The notes below the pieces were generated by a model. The model made no database searches. It saw nothing but the letters and a program-made list of their open reading frames with translations, and was not told the DNA's origin. From a virus (taxonomy: Duplodnaviria > Caudoviricetes): DNA of 31,411 nt. Within the stretch, counting starts at the first letter, position 1. The number at the start of each line of letters is the position of its first letter. The stretch spans positions 1-31,411 of IMG/VR virus record IMGVR_UViG_3300030376_002673. The stretch is one strand, 5' to 3'. The position numbers and the translations under genes are program-made. Shown piece after piece: positions 15,029-25,024 of this stretch.

Positions 15029-16283
15029 TATTTTTACTGATCCAAGGTTCGCGCCGTTTTTACAGGCCACGCCAATGTCGGGCCGCATTGCGGACCCCGT
15101 GTCGTTATTTACAAGGTATGTTCCCCCGGTAGTTGAGGAGGAGCCCGAAGAGGAAGAGGTAGCACAAGCACCCGTCGCGCCTGTCGCGCCAGTCTATTAT
15201 CAGAGACCCCAGCCGGTTGATCAGGGCGGTGGAGACTATATGTCCCCACAATCCCAGCCAACGGGATCGGGAAACTTTTTTACCGATTTAAAAGGTCTTG
15301 TGAGCCCGATTACGGATTTATTTACGACAACCTCGCCTATGGACGCATACGCCGCGCAAGTAGCTGGTGCAGACTTTGGGCCGATGGAGGCAGGGCTAGG
15401 TGCTAACTATGCGCCAGTTTCACAAGGGGCTCCTATCTCGCCAGTTACGTTGGAAGAAAGCACACAATACAAATTTGGTGAGCCTGTTTATGATCCAAGC
15501 CAAGATTTAGGACCATTTGCCGCTGTCGGTGAGACCCCTGTAGAGGCCGCTGTAGCCGCACCAATGACGGGAGAGGTAAACCCCGCAACAGTCGGAGTTA
15601 CGGACCCTATAACCGGCGTAACCACATATGGGGACGGGTTTATGACGGCCCCCGCGCCAGACCCGTATGAGGCGAGTATGTTGGCCGGGGCAAAGGGATT
15701 ATTTGGCTACCCTGATGACAGAACATATGCCGGTGGGATGTTTAACGCATTGGGCGAAGACACAACGAGAGAGGGTTACGAGCAAGACGACAAGATGCGA
15801 GGTATCGCCTCAAAAGTAGGTGCTTTTGTTGGGCCTAATATAATGGGGCCAATTTTTGGCGGCATGATTGCTGGGTCAAGAATAGGGGCCGTCGAGGGAC
15901 CGTATGGTCGAGATGGGGCTGGCAATTACCGATTCAATGCGGGTGGTCCGATGGGAACAGTACAATCACCGTATGGTTCTTATTCTTCGGCGTTAGGTGA
16001 TTACACAGGGCTGTATGGTTTAGGAACAAACTTAAATACAGGGCGCAGTCGAACACCGATGATGATAAATAGCGATGGTACACTGGCTGGCGGTGCTTAC
16101 GGCTACGGCCTTGGCTTAAAGGCTGATGGGTCATTTGGGTCACTTGATGAGTTTGATGTCCTTGATTACGCCGGAATGTATGAAAACGCTCAAGACTTCT
16201 CTTACGATGGCGGTGGAGATGATGTCGGCGGCGGAACATTATCAGAGGATGATAGTTGGTCCGGCATCGACGGTTATCTGTAG
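15021..16283 (+). CDS. Low-complexity, acidic Pro/Gly-rich protein, probable internal virion protein
   Basis: 420 aa, very few basic residues, overlaps the upstream gene, lies in the ejection-protein region. Confidence 0.6.
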   Translation: MASIFTDPRFAPFLQATPMSGRIADPVSLFTRYVPPVVEEEPEEEEVAQAPVAPVAPVYYQRPQPVDQGGGDYMSPQSQPTGSGNFFTDLKGLVSPITDLFTTTSPMDAYAAQVAGADFGPMEAGLGANYAPVSQGAPISPVTLEESTQYKFGEPVYDPSQDLGPFAAVGETPVEAAVAAPMTGEVNPATVGVTDPITGVTTYGDGFMTAPAPDPYEASMLAGAKGLFGYPDDRTYAGGMFNALGEDTTREGYEQDDKMRGIASKVGAFVGPNIMGPIFGGMIAGSRIGAVEGPYGRDGAGNYRFNAGGPMGTVQSPYGSYSSALGDYTGLYGLGTNLNTGRSRTPMMINSDGTLAGGAYGYGLGLKADGSFGSLDEFDVLDYAGMYENAQDFSYDGGGDDVGGGTLSEDDSWSGIDGYL

Positions 16284-16288
16284 TTTAA

Positions 16289-16708
16289 TTGGTCCAGCTT
16301 TGGGGCGTTCAGCAAGGCGGGTTAGACAAGGCTTGGCAAATAGCGGTGCCGTTTTTAGAGCGGCTTGGGGACTACACAGACCTGTCCCTTAATGAAATTT
16401 ACGAAGGTCTGAAAGATCAAAAATATCAGATGTGGATCACTTGGGATGAAGATGTCCGGGGGGTCTGTGTCACGGAAACTTTTAAAAGTGGTGAAGGTCT
16501 GATTTGTTGCTTTGTCGTTGCGGCAGGGGATCGGTTTAAGTCTCTCCGGTTTTTAGAACATATCGAAGATTGGGCGCGGTCAGTTGGTTGTTTCGCTTGT
16601 GAGATCAAAGGGCGAAAGGGCTGGGGCCGCATATTGAGAGACTACACAAAGACGGGCCAAGACGGCTCACAATACATTTTTCGCAAGGTGTTAAAAAATG
16701 GGAAGTAG
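16289..16708 (+). CDS. GNAT-like virion assembly protein (P22 gp14/T7 gp13 position)
   Basis: G..VTE...AAGD...IEDWARSVGC...EIKGRKGW.R.L; directly precedes the ejection genes. Confidence 0.65.
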   Translation: MVQLWGVQQGGLDKAWQIAVPFLERLGDYTDLSLNEIYEGLKDQKYQMWITWDEDVRGVCVTETFKSGEGLICCFVVAAGDRFKSLRFLEHIEDWARSVGCFACEIKGRKGWGRILRDYTKTGQDGSQYIFRKVLKNGK

Positions 16709-17507
16709 TAGCAAACCATCAGGTACACAGGTCGTCACACAGAGTAATGCGCCGTGGTCAGGGCAAGCGCCTTACTTAGAGACAGGCTTTCAACAAGCAG
16801 AGGATGTGGTGCTAAACAATCCTGGCACCTTTTACCCTAATTCTACGGTGGTTGACTTCGACCCGAGAACAACCCAAGGCCTAACGGCTGTTGAAGACAT
16901 GGCGAATGCTGGAAGCCCTGCTATCCAGAATGCTGCAAGTAACATAGCATCCACGGCGGGAGGAGCTTTTTTAAACTCTAACCCTTACCTCCAGAGTGCC
17001 ATAGACCGGGCTTCGGAGGGTGTCACTAGAAATTATCAGAAGGCCGTTTTACCGGGCATAGACTCACGTTTTTCCGCTTCGGGCCGCTACGGGTCAGGAC
17101 TGCAACAGTCAGCCCTCAGTGACGCCCAGGAGACGCTCTCAGACCAGCTTGGAGACATAGCTTCGGGTATGTCTTATCAGAATTACGGGGCCGAGAGAGA
17201 CCTGATGATGCAAGCGTCTGGTATGGCACCGGAAATTAGACAAGCAGAGTATTTAGACCCTGGAAAGCTAATGGAAGTTGGTGGCGCATACGAAGGTCAG
17301 GCAGGCGCACAACTACAAGAAGATATGGATCGTTTTAACTTCGACCAGAACGCCGACAAGCAAGCACTGGCTGATTATATGGCTCTTGTTGCGGGGGGAT
17401 CGTTTGGTAGCGAGTCTACCCGCACCCAGCCAATTTATTCTAACCCAGTAGGCCAAGGGCTTGGCGCGGCGGCCACGCTTGCTGGCATTTACAGCCTTTT
17501 GAAGTAG
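16698..17507 (+). CDS. Ejection/DNA-transfer protein 1
   Basis: MGSSSKPSGTQ..APW..QAPYL, NPYL, FSASGRYGSG; Gly/Ala/Gln-rich. Confidence 0.72.
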   Translation: MGSSSKPSGTQVVTQSNAPWSGQAPYLETGFQQAEDVVLNNPGTFYPNSTVVDFDPRTTQGLTAVEDMANAGSPAIQNAASNIASTAGGAFLNSNPYLQSAIDRASEGVTRNYQKAVLPGIDSRFSASGRYGSGLQQSALSDAQETLSDQLGDIASGMSYQNYGAERDLMMQASGMAPEIRQAEYLDPGKLMEVGGAYEGQAGAQLQEDMDRFNFDQNADKQALADYMALVAGGSFGSESTRTQPIYSNPVGQGLGAAATLAGIYSLLK

Positions 17508-17517
17508 GGGATTTAAA

Positions 17518-18831
17518 ATGCCTTTTGCCGGATTTCCATTTTCAGGAATGATGCCTCAATCAAATGCCAATCAAAACGCGATGACGCCTCAAGCAAACAT
17601 CAATCCAAATACTGGCTTGTTTAGCTTGTCTCCTCAGTCACGGCGGCAAAACTTATTCCAAGCGATGATCCCGGCGGGGCTTGGCCTTATAGCGGCTTCT
17701 GGCCCTTCAACTGATCCGGGTGCGTTTTCAAAAGGTTTAGCGGCAACGGGGCAAAACCTTTTTACGAATACCAACGCCCTCAATCAGCAAGGACTGCAAA
17801 ATCGCGTTTTGGATTTTAAGATGCGCCAACTGCAAGCGGAAAACCAACGCAAGGCTAATGAGAGAAGGCGACTAGAGCTTTATTCGCAAACATTTCCACA
17901 GGGATCACAGCAAAGAGCGGCGATAATGGCAGGGCAACCGCTTCCGCCACAACAAAACAAATTTGGCTCTCCTTATGTTTTAGCTGATCCAAACAGTTCT
18001 ACCGGGTACTCAAGATTTCAAATCACGCAAGGTGGCGACACGCGCAAGTTAGGCGAAGCACCTATTCCAGCCAGCATCCAATATACACCATTCGTTGCAA
18101 CGCCACAGCGGCCTCCGGGGGGTGACGCAGGGACGGAGACGGGGGCCAGACTTGGCAGAATGGGTTTGCCAATTCCACCTAGTCCGTTTGAGGGGGCTGA
18201 CAGAAAAACGGCGGCTCAAATGATGATTGCAGAAAGAAATAAATTTACTACTTCTCTTGATAAAAGACGAGGAGACCTACGCTCACAAGAAAATATGATC
18301 AAACGGTTGGATCGTTTTGGATCACTTATGGATCAGGGTATGGGGACCGGCTTTGAAAGAGCCGGAATGATGGGAACAGCAATATCTGCATTTGACGATG
18401 CGACAAGAGAAGCAAAATCAATTGAGGATGAAATAACCCCGCTCATGCGGCAAGGAATGCCGGGTGCGGCTTCTGACCGCGATGTTGCCATGTTCAGAGG
18501 CGCAACTGTTGGAATTAGTAAACCTGAACAAACTAACCGAAATATCATCCAGGCTCGAAAAGAATTATTTCAATTGCAACAAGAGCGGTTGGAATTTGAT
18601 CAAGAATATTTTTCACAAAATCAGCATACCTCTGGAGCCGATAGAGCTTGGAGAGAATACACCGAAGCTAATCCAATATTCGATCCAAAAGCACCCGAGG
18701 CAGACTATGTCTTAAACGAGAGGCGGTTGAGCTATCGGGATTGGTTTAGAATAGGTTCAGTACCAGATGGCGTAAAGGCTCAAGAATGGAGACTGATGAC
18801 CCCGGCACAAAGAAAGGCGTTCCGCAAATGA
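17518..18831 (+). CDS. Ejection/DNA-transfer protein 2
   Basis: Gln/Gly-rich N-terminus, GLGLIAASGPS, GAASDRD motif; position. Confidence 0.68.
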   Translation: MPFAGFPFSGMMPQSNANQNAMTPQANINPNTGLFSLSPQSRRQNLFQAMIPAGLGLIAASGPSTDPGAFSKGLAATGQNLFTNTNALNQQGLQNRVLDFKMRQLQAENQRKANERRRLELYSQTFPQGSQQRAAIMAGQPLPPQQNKFGSPYVLADPNSSTGYSRFQITQGGDTRKLGEAPIPASIQYTPFVATPQRPPGGDAGTETGARLGRMGLPIPPSPFEGADRKTAAQMMIAERNKFTTSLDKRRGDLRSQENMIKRLDRFGSLMDQGMGTGFERAGMMGTAISAFDDATREAKSIEDEITPLMRQGMPGAASDRDVAMFRGATVGISKPEQTNRNIIQARKELFQLQQERLEFDQEYFSQNQHTSGADRAWREYTEANPIFDPKAPEADYVLNERRLSYRDWFRIGSVPDGVKAQEWRLMTPAQRKAFRK

Positions 18832-20495
18832 ATAAAGAACAAGAAGCCATTCTTAAAAGTGTCAGGGCGAAATTAGGAACGGATGACCTTGAAGATACGC
18901 CTAACCCTCAAGAGGCAGAAACAGAGACCGAAGACCGCTCTTTGTATCAAGACATAATCGGTGGCGCTGGCAAAATAGCGCAAGGTGCCACGTTTGGTTA
19001 TGCTGATGAAATACGGGCTCGCGTTAGAACAGAGGTAGACAATGCGCTTACTGCTATGGGCCTCCCTGCCATATACGGAAACAAAACTTATGAGGAAAAT
19101 GTAGCGGAAGCCCGTGGCTTATTACATGACTTCGCAGAAGCCAATCCTTACACAGCTTTCGGGTTAGAGTTAGGTGGCGGGGCGGCAACGGGTGGCGTTG
19201 GTGCGGCAAAGGTTTTGGGGGTGAAGGCAATACAGAACGCTCCGAAACTTGGTAAATATCTGGCGGCTGGCGGTGTAGGAGCCGGGCAGGGTGCTGTTGC
19301 TGGCAGTGGTTATGCTACAGAGGGCAACAGGCTTAAAGGCGCTGGCATGGGTGCCGCGATAGGCGGTCCTCTTGGTGTGGCGGCACCAGCGGCGGTAAGT
19401 GGTGTTCGAAGATTGTTGTCTCCAAAGTCTAATGTTGGCGGGGCCGCTAATAAACTTGTGCAAGAGGGTATCAGCCTTACACCGGGTCAGCGATTGGGTG
19501 GCGTTGTGCAAACCGCCGAAGATGCTGCTACGTCTATTCCAATTTTAGGCGGAGCGATCCGGGGCGCACAAACGAGGGGCATCGAAGATTTTAACCGCGT
19601 TGCCATCAATAAAGCATTAGCCCCAATAGGCCAAAAGCTCTCCGAAAAGACACCTGTTGGAAGAGAAGCTGTTGGTGAGATGCTGGAGAAGGCCAGCAAA
19701 GCTTATAGCGGTCTTTTGCCAAAAGTGCGATTTAACATGGATGTGCAGTTTAGAAGCCAATTAAACGAGTTAATAGATAACGCTCAGTTTTTATCCGAAG
19801 GCACCTTCAAGAAATTTCAAAGTATCGTTGAGAAAAACCTAGCCAGTAAACTTGACGCCAAAATGGGAATGTCAGGCGAGGCGTTGAAGACGGCTGAGTC
19901 TAATTTAGGAAAGCTGGCGACAACCCTGTCGAGGGCAACTGATCAAGAGGCCGTGCAATTAAGTGGCGCGGTCAAGCAATTACAGGCGTTAATGCGGGAG
20001 AGCTTGGAGAGGTCTAACCCAGCACAAGCGGCCCAATTAAGAAACGCTAACTCCACTTATCGCATGGCATCGATTGTTGAAGATGCTTCCGTGAAAGCGG
20101 CAGGGAAGAATAATGGCGTGTTTAACCCTTCCCAACTTGATCGGGCTGTCAAATCGGCACAAACGATGGGCAAGCCAAAAAGGCAATACGCAAAGGGGCA
20201 GGCAACAATGCAAGACTTGTCCGATCCCGCCGTAAAAGTTTTGTCTCCAACAATTCCAGAATCGGGGACGGCCCCTCGTTTGATGACGGCGGCAATGTTA
20301 AGCGGCGGTGGCGCGGCAATTGATCCAATTACAGGCATTGCCACTGGAATCGCGGCTGGCACTTATACCCGTCCGGGACAACAGTTTTTAAATATGATGA
20401 TGAACCGCCCAATGGGTGCGCCAAAGCTAGCTGATCGGGCAAAGGGGATAACTGCGCCAACGATTGGTGCGGGTTCCATATACGCCGGAAGATAA
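18828..20495 (+). CDS. Ejection/DNA-transfer protein 3
   Basis: ATG 18828 (ATGA overlap); QGATFGYADE, long Gly/Ala hydrophobic tracts, LTPGQRLG, PESGTAPR. Confidence 0.72.
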   Translation: MNKEQEAILKSVRAKLGTDDLEDTPNPQEAETETEDRSLYQDIIGGAGKIAQGATFGYADEIRARVRTEVDNALTAMGLPAIYGNKTYEENVAEARGLLHDFAEANPYTAFGLELGGGAATGGVGAAKVLGVKAIQNAPKLGKYLAAGGVGAGQGAVAGSGYATEGNRLKGAGMGAAIGGPLGVAAPAAVSGVRRLLSPKSNVGGAANKLVQEGISLTPGQRLGGVVQTAEDAATSIPILGGAIRGAQTRGIEDFNRVAINKALAPIGQKLSEKTPVGREAVGEMLEKASKAYSGLLPKVRFNMDVQFRSQLNELIDNAQFLSEGTFKKFQSIVEKNLASKLDAKMGMSGEALKTAESNLGKLATTLSRATDQEAVQLSGAVKQLQALMRESLERSNPAQAAQLRNANSTYRMASIVEDASVKAAGKNNGVFNPSQLDRAVKSAQTMGKPKRQYAKGQATMQDLSDPAVKVLSPTIPESGTAPRLMTAAMLSGGGAAIDPITGIATGIAAGTYTRPGQQFLNMMMNRPMGAPKLADRAKGITAPTIGAGSIYAGR

Positions 20496-20509
20496 ACAGA
20501 GGTTAAAAA

Positions 20510-21811
20510 ATGGCTGAAATCCGAGACTTATCCGTAACTGACGCTAGTAATAACGGTTCCGCCGCTAATGCAGGGGCGGCCGAAGGAATGGCTCCAAGCG
20601 AAGTAAATAATTCGATGAGGGCACTTCGCGGATTGCTTAAGCGGGGCTTTAACGATGCGGTGGAGGGCGACAAAGACTCCACAGGATCATCTAACGCCTA
20701 CGCTGTCGCCGCCAACAGGACGATAGCCGCTTATTACGATGGGATGCGTATTGGCTTCCACGCTAACCATGCAAACACCGGGGCGGCTACCTTGAATGTC
20801 GATGCCGTGGGAGCCAAAGACATCAAGAAAAACCATGATGTCGCGCTGGCTTCTGGTGACATTGAACAACATCAATATGTCGAGGTTGTATATTCGGCCT
20901 CTGATGATGCTTTTCAGATGATAAGCCCTGTGGGCAATTCTTCGGCGGGTTACACAGACCCACTGACCACACGCGGTGATATCGTCAAGCGGGGAGCAAG
21001 CGCGACAGAGCGTCTTGCCATTGGATCGGCAAATACAGTCCTGACAACCGATGGCACCGACCCGGCTTGGTCAACAGTGGCTACGGCCATGATTGCTGAC
21101 GATGCGGTCTCATCAGCTAAAATCGCAGACGATGCTGTCGTCCAGGCGGCAATCGCAGACGAGGCGGTAAACGAGGCGCGGTTGCAAGTTAGCAACGCTC
21201 CCACAAACGGTTATTTTTTATCGGCGCAATCCGGCAACACTGGCGGTTTGACCTGGGCAGAGGTCAGCGGCGGCGCGTGGACGTTAATTGGAACGCAAGA
21301 TGCGTCGAGTAGCGCCTCCCTAACACAAACCGGGTTAGATAGTTCTACTTATGACTCTATCGCTGTAATTTTTTCGGCCATGCACCCTGCAACGGATGAT
21401 GTAATTCCGCAAATTCAGCTTGGAGATAGCGGCGGCATTGATTCAGGTGGAAGCGATTATTCTTGGAATGTCTCAACTGTTGGTCAAGCTGCCTCATCGA
21501 GTGTTGCTAACGTAGGCTCTACCGGCGATAGCTCAATCGGGGGAACATCCCAGACATCAGGCACGGACAAGGTTGGTAATGCGGCGGGAGAAGGTTGGTC
21601 CGCTAACGTTATATTAGACATTGGTTCGTCTGATATGTATCCCAACTTGTACGGGACGCTGGCTTATCGCACGGCGCAACCGCATTCGCGTTACGGCACA
21701 TTTTCCGGCACCCGTCTTAGCCAGATTACTTGTGACAGAATATTGTTCAAGTTTTCCAGCGGTTCAATAACGTCAGGACGAATGTCGGTTTTTGGCATCA
21801 AACATTCTTAG
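20510..21811 (+). CDS. Tail fibre protein
   Basis: AEGMAPSEVNNSMR anchor, NTGAATLNV, LTTRGDI..RLAIGSANTVL, IADDAV repeats, C-terminal receptor-binding domain ending SGRMSVFGIK. Confidence 0.85.
   Translation: MAEIRDLSVTDASNNGSAANAGAAEGMAPSEVNNSMRALRGLLKRGFNDAVEGDKDSTGSSNAYAVAANRTIAAYYDGMRIGFHANHANTGAATLNVDAVGAKDIKKNHDVALASGDIEQHQYVEVVYSASDDAFQMISPVGNSSAGYTDPLTTRGDIVKRGASATERLAIGSANTVLTTDGTDPAWSTVATAMIADDAVSSAKIADDAVVQAAIADEAVNEARLQVSNAPTNGYFLSAQSGNTGGLTWAEVSGGAWTLIGTQDASSSASLTQTGLDSSTYDSIAVIFSAMHPATDDVIPQIQLGDSGGIDSGGSDYSWNVSTVGQAASSSVANVGSTGDSSIGGTSQTSGTDKVGNAAGEGWSANVILDIGSSDMYPNLYGTLAYRTAQPHSRYGTFSGTRLSQITCDRILFKFSSGSITSGRMSVFGIKHS
21082..21183 (+). repeat. 10-aa periodic IADDAV-type repeats in the fibre shaft
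   Basis: TAMIADDAV-SSAKIADDAV-VQAAIADEAV-NEARL. Confidence 0.7.
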
Positions 21812-21822
21812 GAATTGGCAGC

Positions 21823-22119
21823 ATGGCAAATTACAAAAAACGGGTTAATGCAGTAGACGTTGAGCTGACAGACGAAGAACAGGCAGTGCGAGAGGCCGAA
21901 GAACAGGCCTGGGCAGACGGTGCTGCCCAAAGGGCATGGGCTGGGTTGCGATTAAAGCGTGATCAAAAACTGGCAGAAACAGATTGGATGGCGTTGCCGG
22001 ACAGTCCAGCCATGAGTGACGCTTGGACCCAGTACCGGGCTGATCTGCGGGCGCTCCCGGCTCAATACGACAATGATAGCATTCTGGGAACGATCACTTT
22101 CCCAACCCCTCCATCGTGA
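21823..22119 (+). CDS. Tail fibre assembly chaperone
   Basis: LRLKRDQKLAETDW..LPDSP...W..YRADLRALP. Confidence 0.85.
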   Translation: MANYKKRVNAVDVELTDEEQAVREAEEQAWADGAAQRAWAGLRLKRDQKLAETDWMALPDSPAMSDAWTQYRADLRALPAQYDNDSILGTITFPTPPS

Positions 22120-22421
22120 AACTAACCCTCGCCGCCCTCACAGTCGCCCTCGTGGCGACTTTTTTTGTGCCTCGCGCACAGGCGCAAATGGTCTGCTTTG
22201 ACGCAACTGGCATAATTAATTTTCACAAGCAATACGGTGAAGAGGAGGTAGCGCGGGGCAGCATTGGAAGTGACGGTCACAAGATGCTGCTGCTGGCTAA
22301 TCCAGAAACGGGCACATGGACAATGATTTTAGTGAGAGTGCCAGACGGGCTGTTATGCCCGATTGCTTCGGGTAATGATTTCAAACTGAAAACACTCAAA
22401 AGTAAAGGTCACAAAATCTAA
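22116..22421 (+). CDS. Signal-peptide protein of unknown function
   Basis: Signal peptide ending AQA; two Cys; YGEE...NPETGTWT...CPIASG. Confidence 0.7.
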   Translation: MKLTLAALTVALVATFFVPRAQAQMVCFDATGIINFHKQYGEEEVARGSIGSDGHKMLLLANPETGTWTMILVRVPDGLLCPIASGNDFKLKTLKSKGHKI

Positions 22422-22579
22422 TGGAACCGAAGGACGCAATTGACGGCATTGCCGTAGTTGGGGGGGTTGGTTCCTGGCTCTCCATCTTCCCGGATATTGC
22501 CGCCGTTTTTACCATCGTGTGGCTGTCCATTCGCCTTTGGGAGAGTGATACGGTTAAGAAGTGGATGGGTAGAGACTAA
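22421..22579 (+). CDS. Small holin-like membrane protein (52 aa), not in ORF track
   Basis: MEPKDAIDGIAVVGGVGSWLSIFPDIAAVFTIVWLSIRLWESDTVKKWMGRD; TAATG-coupled at both ends. Confidence 0.7.
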   Translation: MEPKDAIDGIAVVGGVGSWLSIFPDIAAVFTIVWLSIRLWESDTVKKWMGRD

Positions 22580-23106
22580 TGGAGCCCGTCATGACCATAG
22601 CGGCGGCTATTGCAACGACCCGTACGCTTGTGAAAAGCGCGTCCCATGTGCGCGAAATTGCTCAAGGTTTGGATACGCTGTGGACGGCGCAAGAAAATCA
22701 GGAAAAAGAAAAGAAGGAACCCAAGCCTAAAAGCCGGATGCAACAGGTAATCAACATTCGCGCCAAGGAGGGCGATGAGGCTTTAGACGATACCACTTCT
22801 TTGGGGTCGGTGGCGGCAGATGTGCTTGAACAGGAACAGGTTGCCCGCAACCTCAAGGCACTAGAGCGTGAAATAGAGGCAAAATGGGGAAAAGGGACGT
22901 TCAAGAAGATTCAGCTAGAAAGGTCAAAACGTATCGCTGAAAAGCACAAACGCCAGCGTGAAAAAAAAGAAGAGCAGATGAGGAAGGCCGAGGCCGAAAA
23001 ATCTTTTTGGGTCAAATTTGCGCTCGAAACATTAAAGGCTATAGCTGTAGTAGGTTTCATCGTTGGCGGCGTCTACGGGTTAATAATGTTAAAGGCCAGC
23101 CAGTAA
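22579..23106 (+). CDS. Hypothetical protein with C-terminal TM helix
   Basis: 175 aa, charged coiled coil and hydrophobic C-terminus. Confidence 0.7.
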   Translation: MEPVMTIAAAIATTRTLVKSASHVREIAQGLDTLWTAQENQEKEKKEPKPKSRMQQVINIRAKEGDEALDDTTSLGSVAADVLEQEQVARNLKALEREIEAKWGKGTFKKIQLERSKRIAEKHKRQREKKEEQMRKAEAEKSFWVKFALETLKAIAVVGFIVGGVYGLIMLKASQ

Positions 23107-23457
23107 ATGGAGATTACAACCTCCCACGTTCTCCAACTTGCCATCATGGCGGCGACTGTTATTTCCGGATGGGCTGTCTTAAAGAATACAGTCCAGCGGG
23201 TAACGCAAGACTTAGAAGATTTCCAAAAAAACTTTGAGGCTTTCAAAAAAACCTCAGACCAAAGACTGGATGATGCGGAGAGCGATAGGGCTGTTCAAAA
23301 ATCTCAGATCACGGTTTTGAAGGAAATTAATTCTGTAAAATCTTTGGAATTTCGGAATCGAGAGTTGGCCACAATCCAGGCGGAGCTTTCTGTCCTTCAG
23401 GGCCAAGTGTCACACCTCCAACATATTCATGGTTCCAAGCACCCTGCCATTACCTGA
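23107..23457 (+). CDS. N-terminally membrane-anchored coiled-coil protein
   Basis: One TM helix followed by a heptad-rich region. Confidence 0.7.
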   Translation: MEITTSHVLQLAIMAATVISGWAVLKNTVQRVTQDLEDFQKNFEAFKKTSDQRLDDAESDRAVQKSQITVLKEINSVKSLEFRNRELATIQAELSVLQGQVSHLQHIHGSKHPAIT

Positions 23458-23465
23458 GTATTTGC

Positions 23466-24404
23466 ATGAGCTACAAAACAATGTGTTCAGATGAGCGGTT
23501 TGTTGAGCTATTCACAACAATGGGTGCTTCCGCGACGGCTCGAATGTTGGGGGTTGGAGAGCGGTCAGTCTATCGCCGCCGTAATTTGTTGGAGGATCAG
23601 TTAGATCGTCCCCTCCACCCACCATCCCGGTCGCCGCTGACACAGCACAATGACCGCATCGAAATTGAATTAAAAGACGGCGTGATCCTTGTGGGGAGTG
23701 ATGCTCACTATTGGCCCTCAGATCAAGGGACAACAGCGCACAGGGCATTTGTGCGGTTCTGTGAGGACATGGAGCCCAATGTGGTCGTAATGAACGGTGA
23801 CGCTTTAGACGGGGCATCGATCTCCCGGCATCCCCCACGGGGCTTTGAGGAGACCCCAAGTGTGGTCGAAGAATTAAGCGCGGTTACGGAACGCCTCTCA
23901 GAGATTGAGGATGCCGCACCCAAGGCCCGACGTTTCTGGACGATGGGCAATCACGATCAAAGATTTGAAGGTAAGCTAGCTGTGGCGGCTAGAGAATTTA
24001 ACGAGGTACTAGGGACACGCCTTGTTGATCACTTTGAGGAGTGGGTGTTTACCTACGCCTTGCTGGTCAATGATGACTTGATGATCAAGCACCGATGGAA
24101 GGGTGGCATTCACGCCACGCACAATAATGCCCTCTGGTCAGGCATGACGATGGTCACGGGTCATTTGCATAGCCTCAAGGTGACGCCTTTAACCGATCTT
24201 AAAGAGACACGCTGGGGCGTCGATACAGGCACCTTGGCTGACTGCTTCGGTCCACAGTTCGCATATGCAGAAGAAAACCCCCGGAACTGGCGTAGCGGCT
24301 TCATAGTCTTATCGATACAAAAAGGCGTCCTCAGATGGCCGGAAATTGTCCACGTTGTGGAGCCCGGTGTGGTGGAATTTAGAGGTGAATTAATTGAGGT
24401 ATGA
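23466..24404 (+). CDS. Calcineurin-like metallophosphoesterase with N-terminal HTH
   Basis: SDAH, NGDALD, GNHD, IKH, GHLH motifs; ASATARMLGVGERSVYRR HTH. Confidence 0.88.
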   Translation: MSYKTMCSDERFVELFTTMGASATARMLGVGERSVYRRRNLLEDQLDRPLHPPSRSPLTQHNDRIEIELKDGVILVGSDAHYWPSDQGTTAHRAFVRFCEDMEPNVVVMNGDALDGASISRHPPRGFEETPSVVEELSAVTERLSEIEDAAPKARRFWTMGNHDQRFEGKLAVAAREFNEVLGTRLVDHFEEWVFTYALLVNDDLMIKHRWKGGIHATHNNALWSGMTMVTGHLHSLKVTPLTDLKETRWGVDTGTLADCFGPQFAYAEENPRNWRSGFIVLSIQKGVLRWPEIVHVVEPGVVEFRGELIEV

Positions 24405-24609
24405 AGTGAGTAGATATCAGTGTTTTGGTCGGAAGGTAAAAACCAAATTCGGCAATCTATATGCCCATGTCGATGCGGATGCGAATGGGAAAGTAGTGGG
24501 CATGAAAATTAGTTATCCGGGAAAATTTGAGGACACGGAAATGGGGCAAGCTATGGACGAGCTAAGTCAGGCCACCAGAGACATTATCCGGGAGGATATC
24601 AATGCTTAG
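24394..24609 (+). CDS. Small protein resembling the first half of a TSCPD (class II RNR C-terminal) domain
   Basis: KVKTKFGNLYAHVD.D.NG...GK...AMDELSQ; start uncertain. Confidence 0.4.
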   Translation: MRYEVSRYQCFGRKVKTKFGNLYAHVDADANGKVVGMKISYPGKFEDTEMGQAMDELSQATRDIIREDINA

Positions 24610-25024
24610 TCTAATTGGCACGGCCATTGGCTTTGGCTCATCGTTTCTGCCAAAAGTTTTAGATTATTTTCAGGATAAATCTGATAAACAGCATGAACTC
24701 GCCGTTATGGAGCGTCAGGCGCAAATTGCGCTAGATAGGACAGCCATAGAGGCCAATATAAGAGAGATAGAGAGCCTTCACGAACATGATGCCAAGGTAT
24801 CCGGCGGCGGCTTTATCGATGGCCTACGGGCCTCTGTGCGCCCTGTAATCACCTATTTGTTTATGGCTTTGTTTCTTGCGGCAGAAGGCACGGCTTACAT
24901 CATTCTACTACGGTCAGGCATTAATGCGGCGGATGCGGTCCAACTCATATTTGATGATGAGATCATGGCCCTGTGGAGTGGTATATTAGCATTTTGGTTC
25001 GGCTCTCGCGCAATCAAAAAATGA
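24602..25024 (+). CDS. Holin-like membrane protein (GTA 3TM-holin type)
   Basis: DKQHELA...LRASVRPVITY...ILAFWFGSR; ATGA-coupled to the endolysin. Confidence 0.72.
   Translation: MLSLIGTAIGFGSSFLPKVLDYFQDKSDKQHELAVMERQAQIALDRTAIEANIREIESLHEHDAKVSGGGFIDGLRASVRPVITYLFMALFLAAEGTAYIILLRSGINAADAVQLIFDDEIMALWSGILAFWFGSRAIKK

Noticed and set aside
20510-22119. Diversity-generating retroelement or invertible fibre cassette
   Set aside because: No reverse transcriptase, invertase or second copy of the fibre 3' end seen in the window
22458-22730. 90-aa plus-strand track ORF
   Set aside because: Out of frame with the TAATG-coupled 22421-22579 and 22579-23106 genes, which tile the region perfectly
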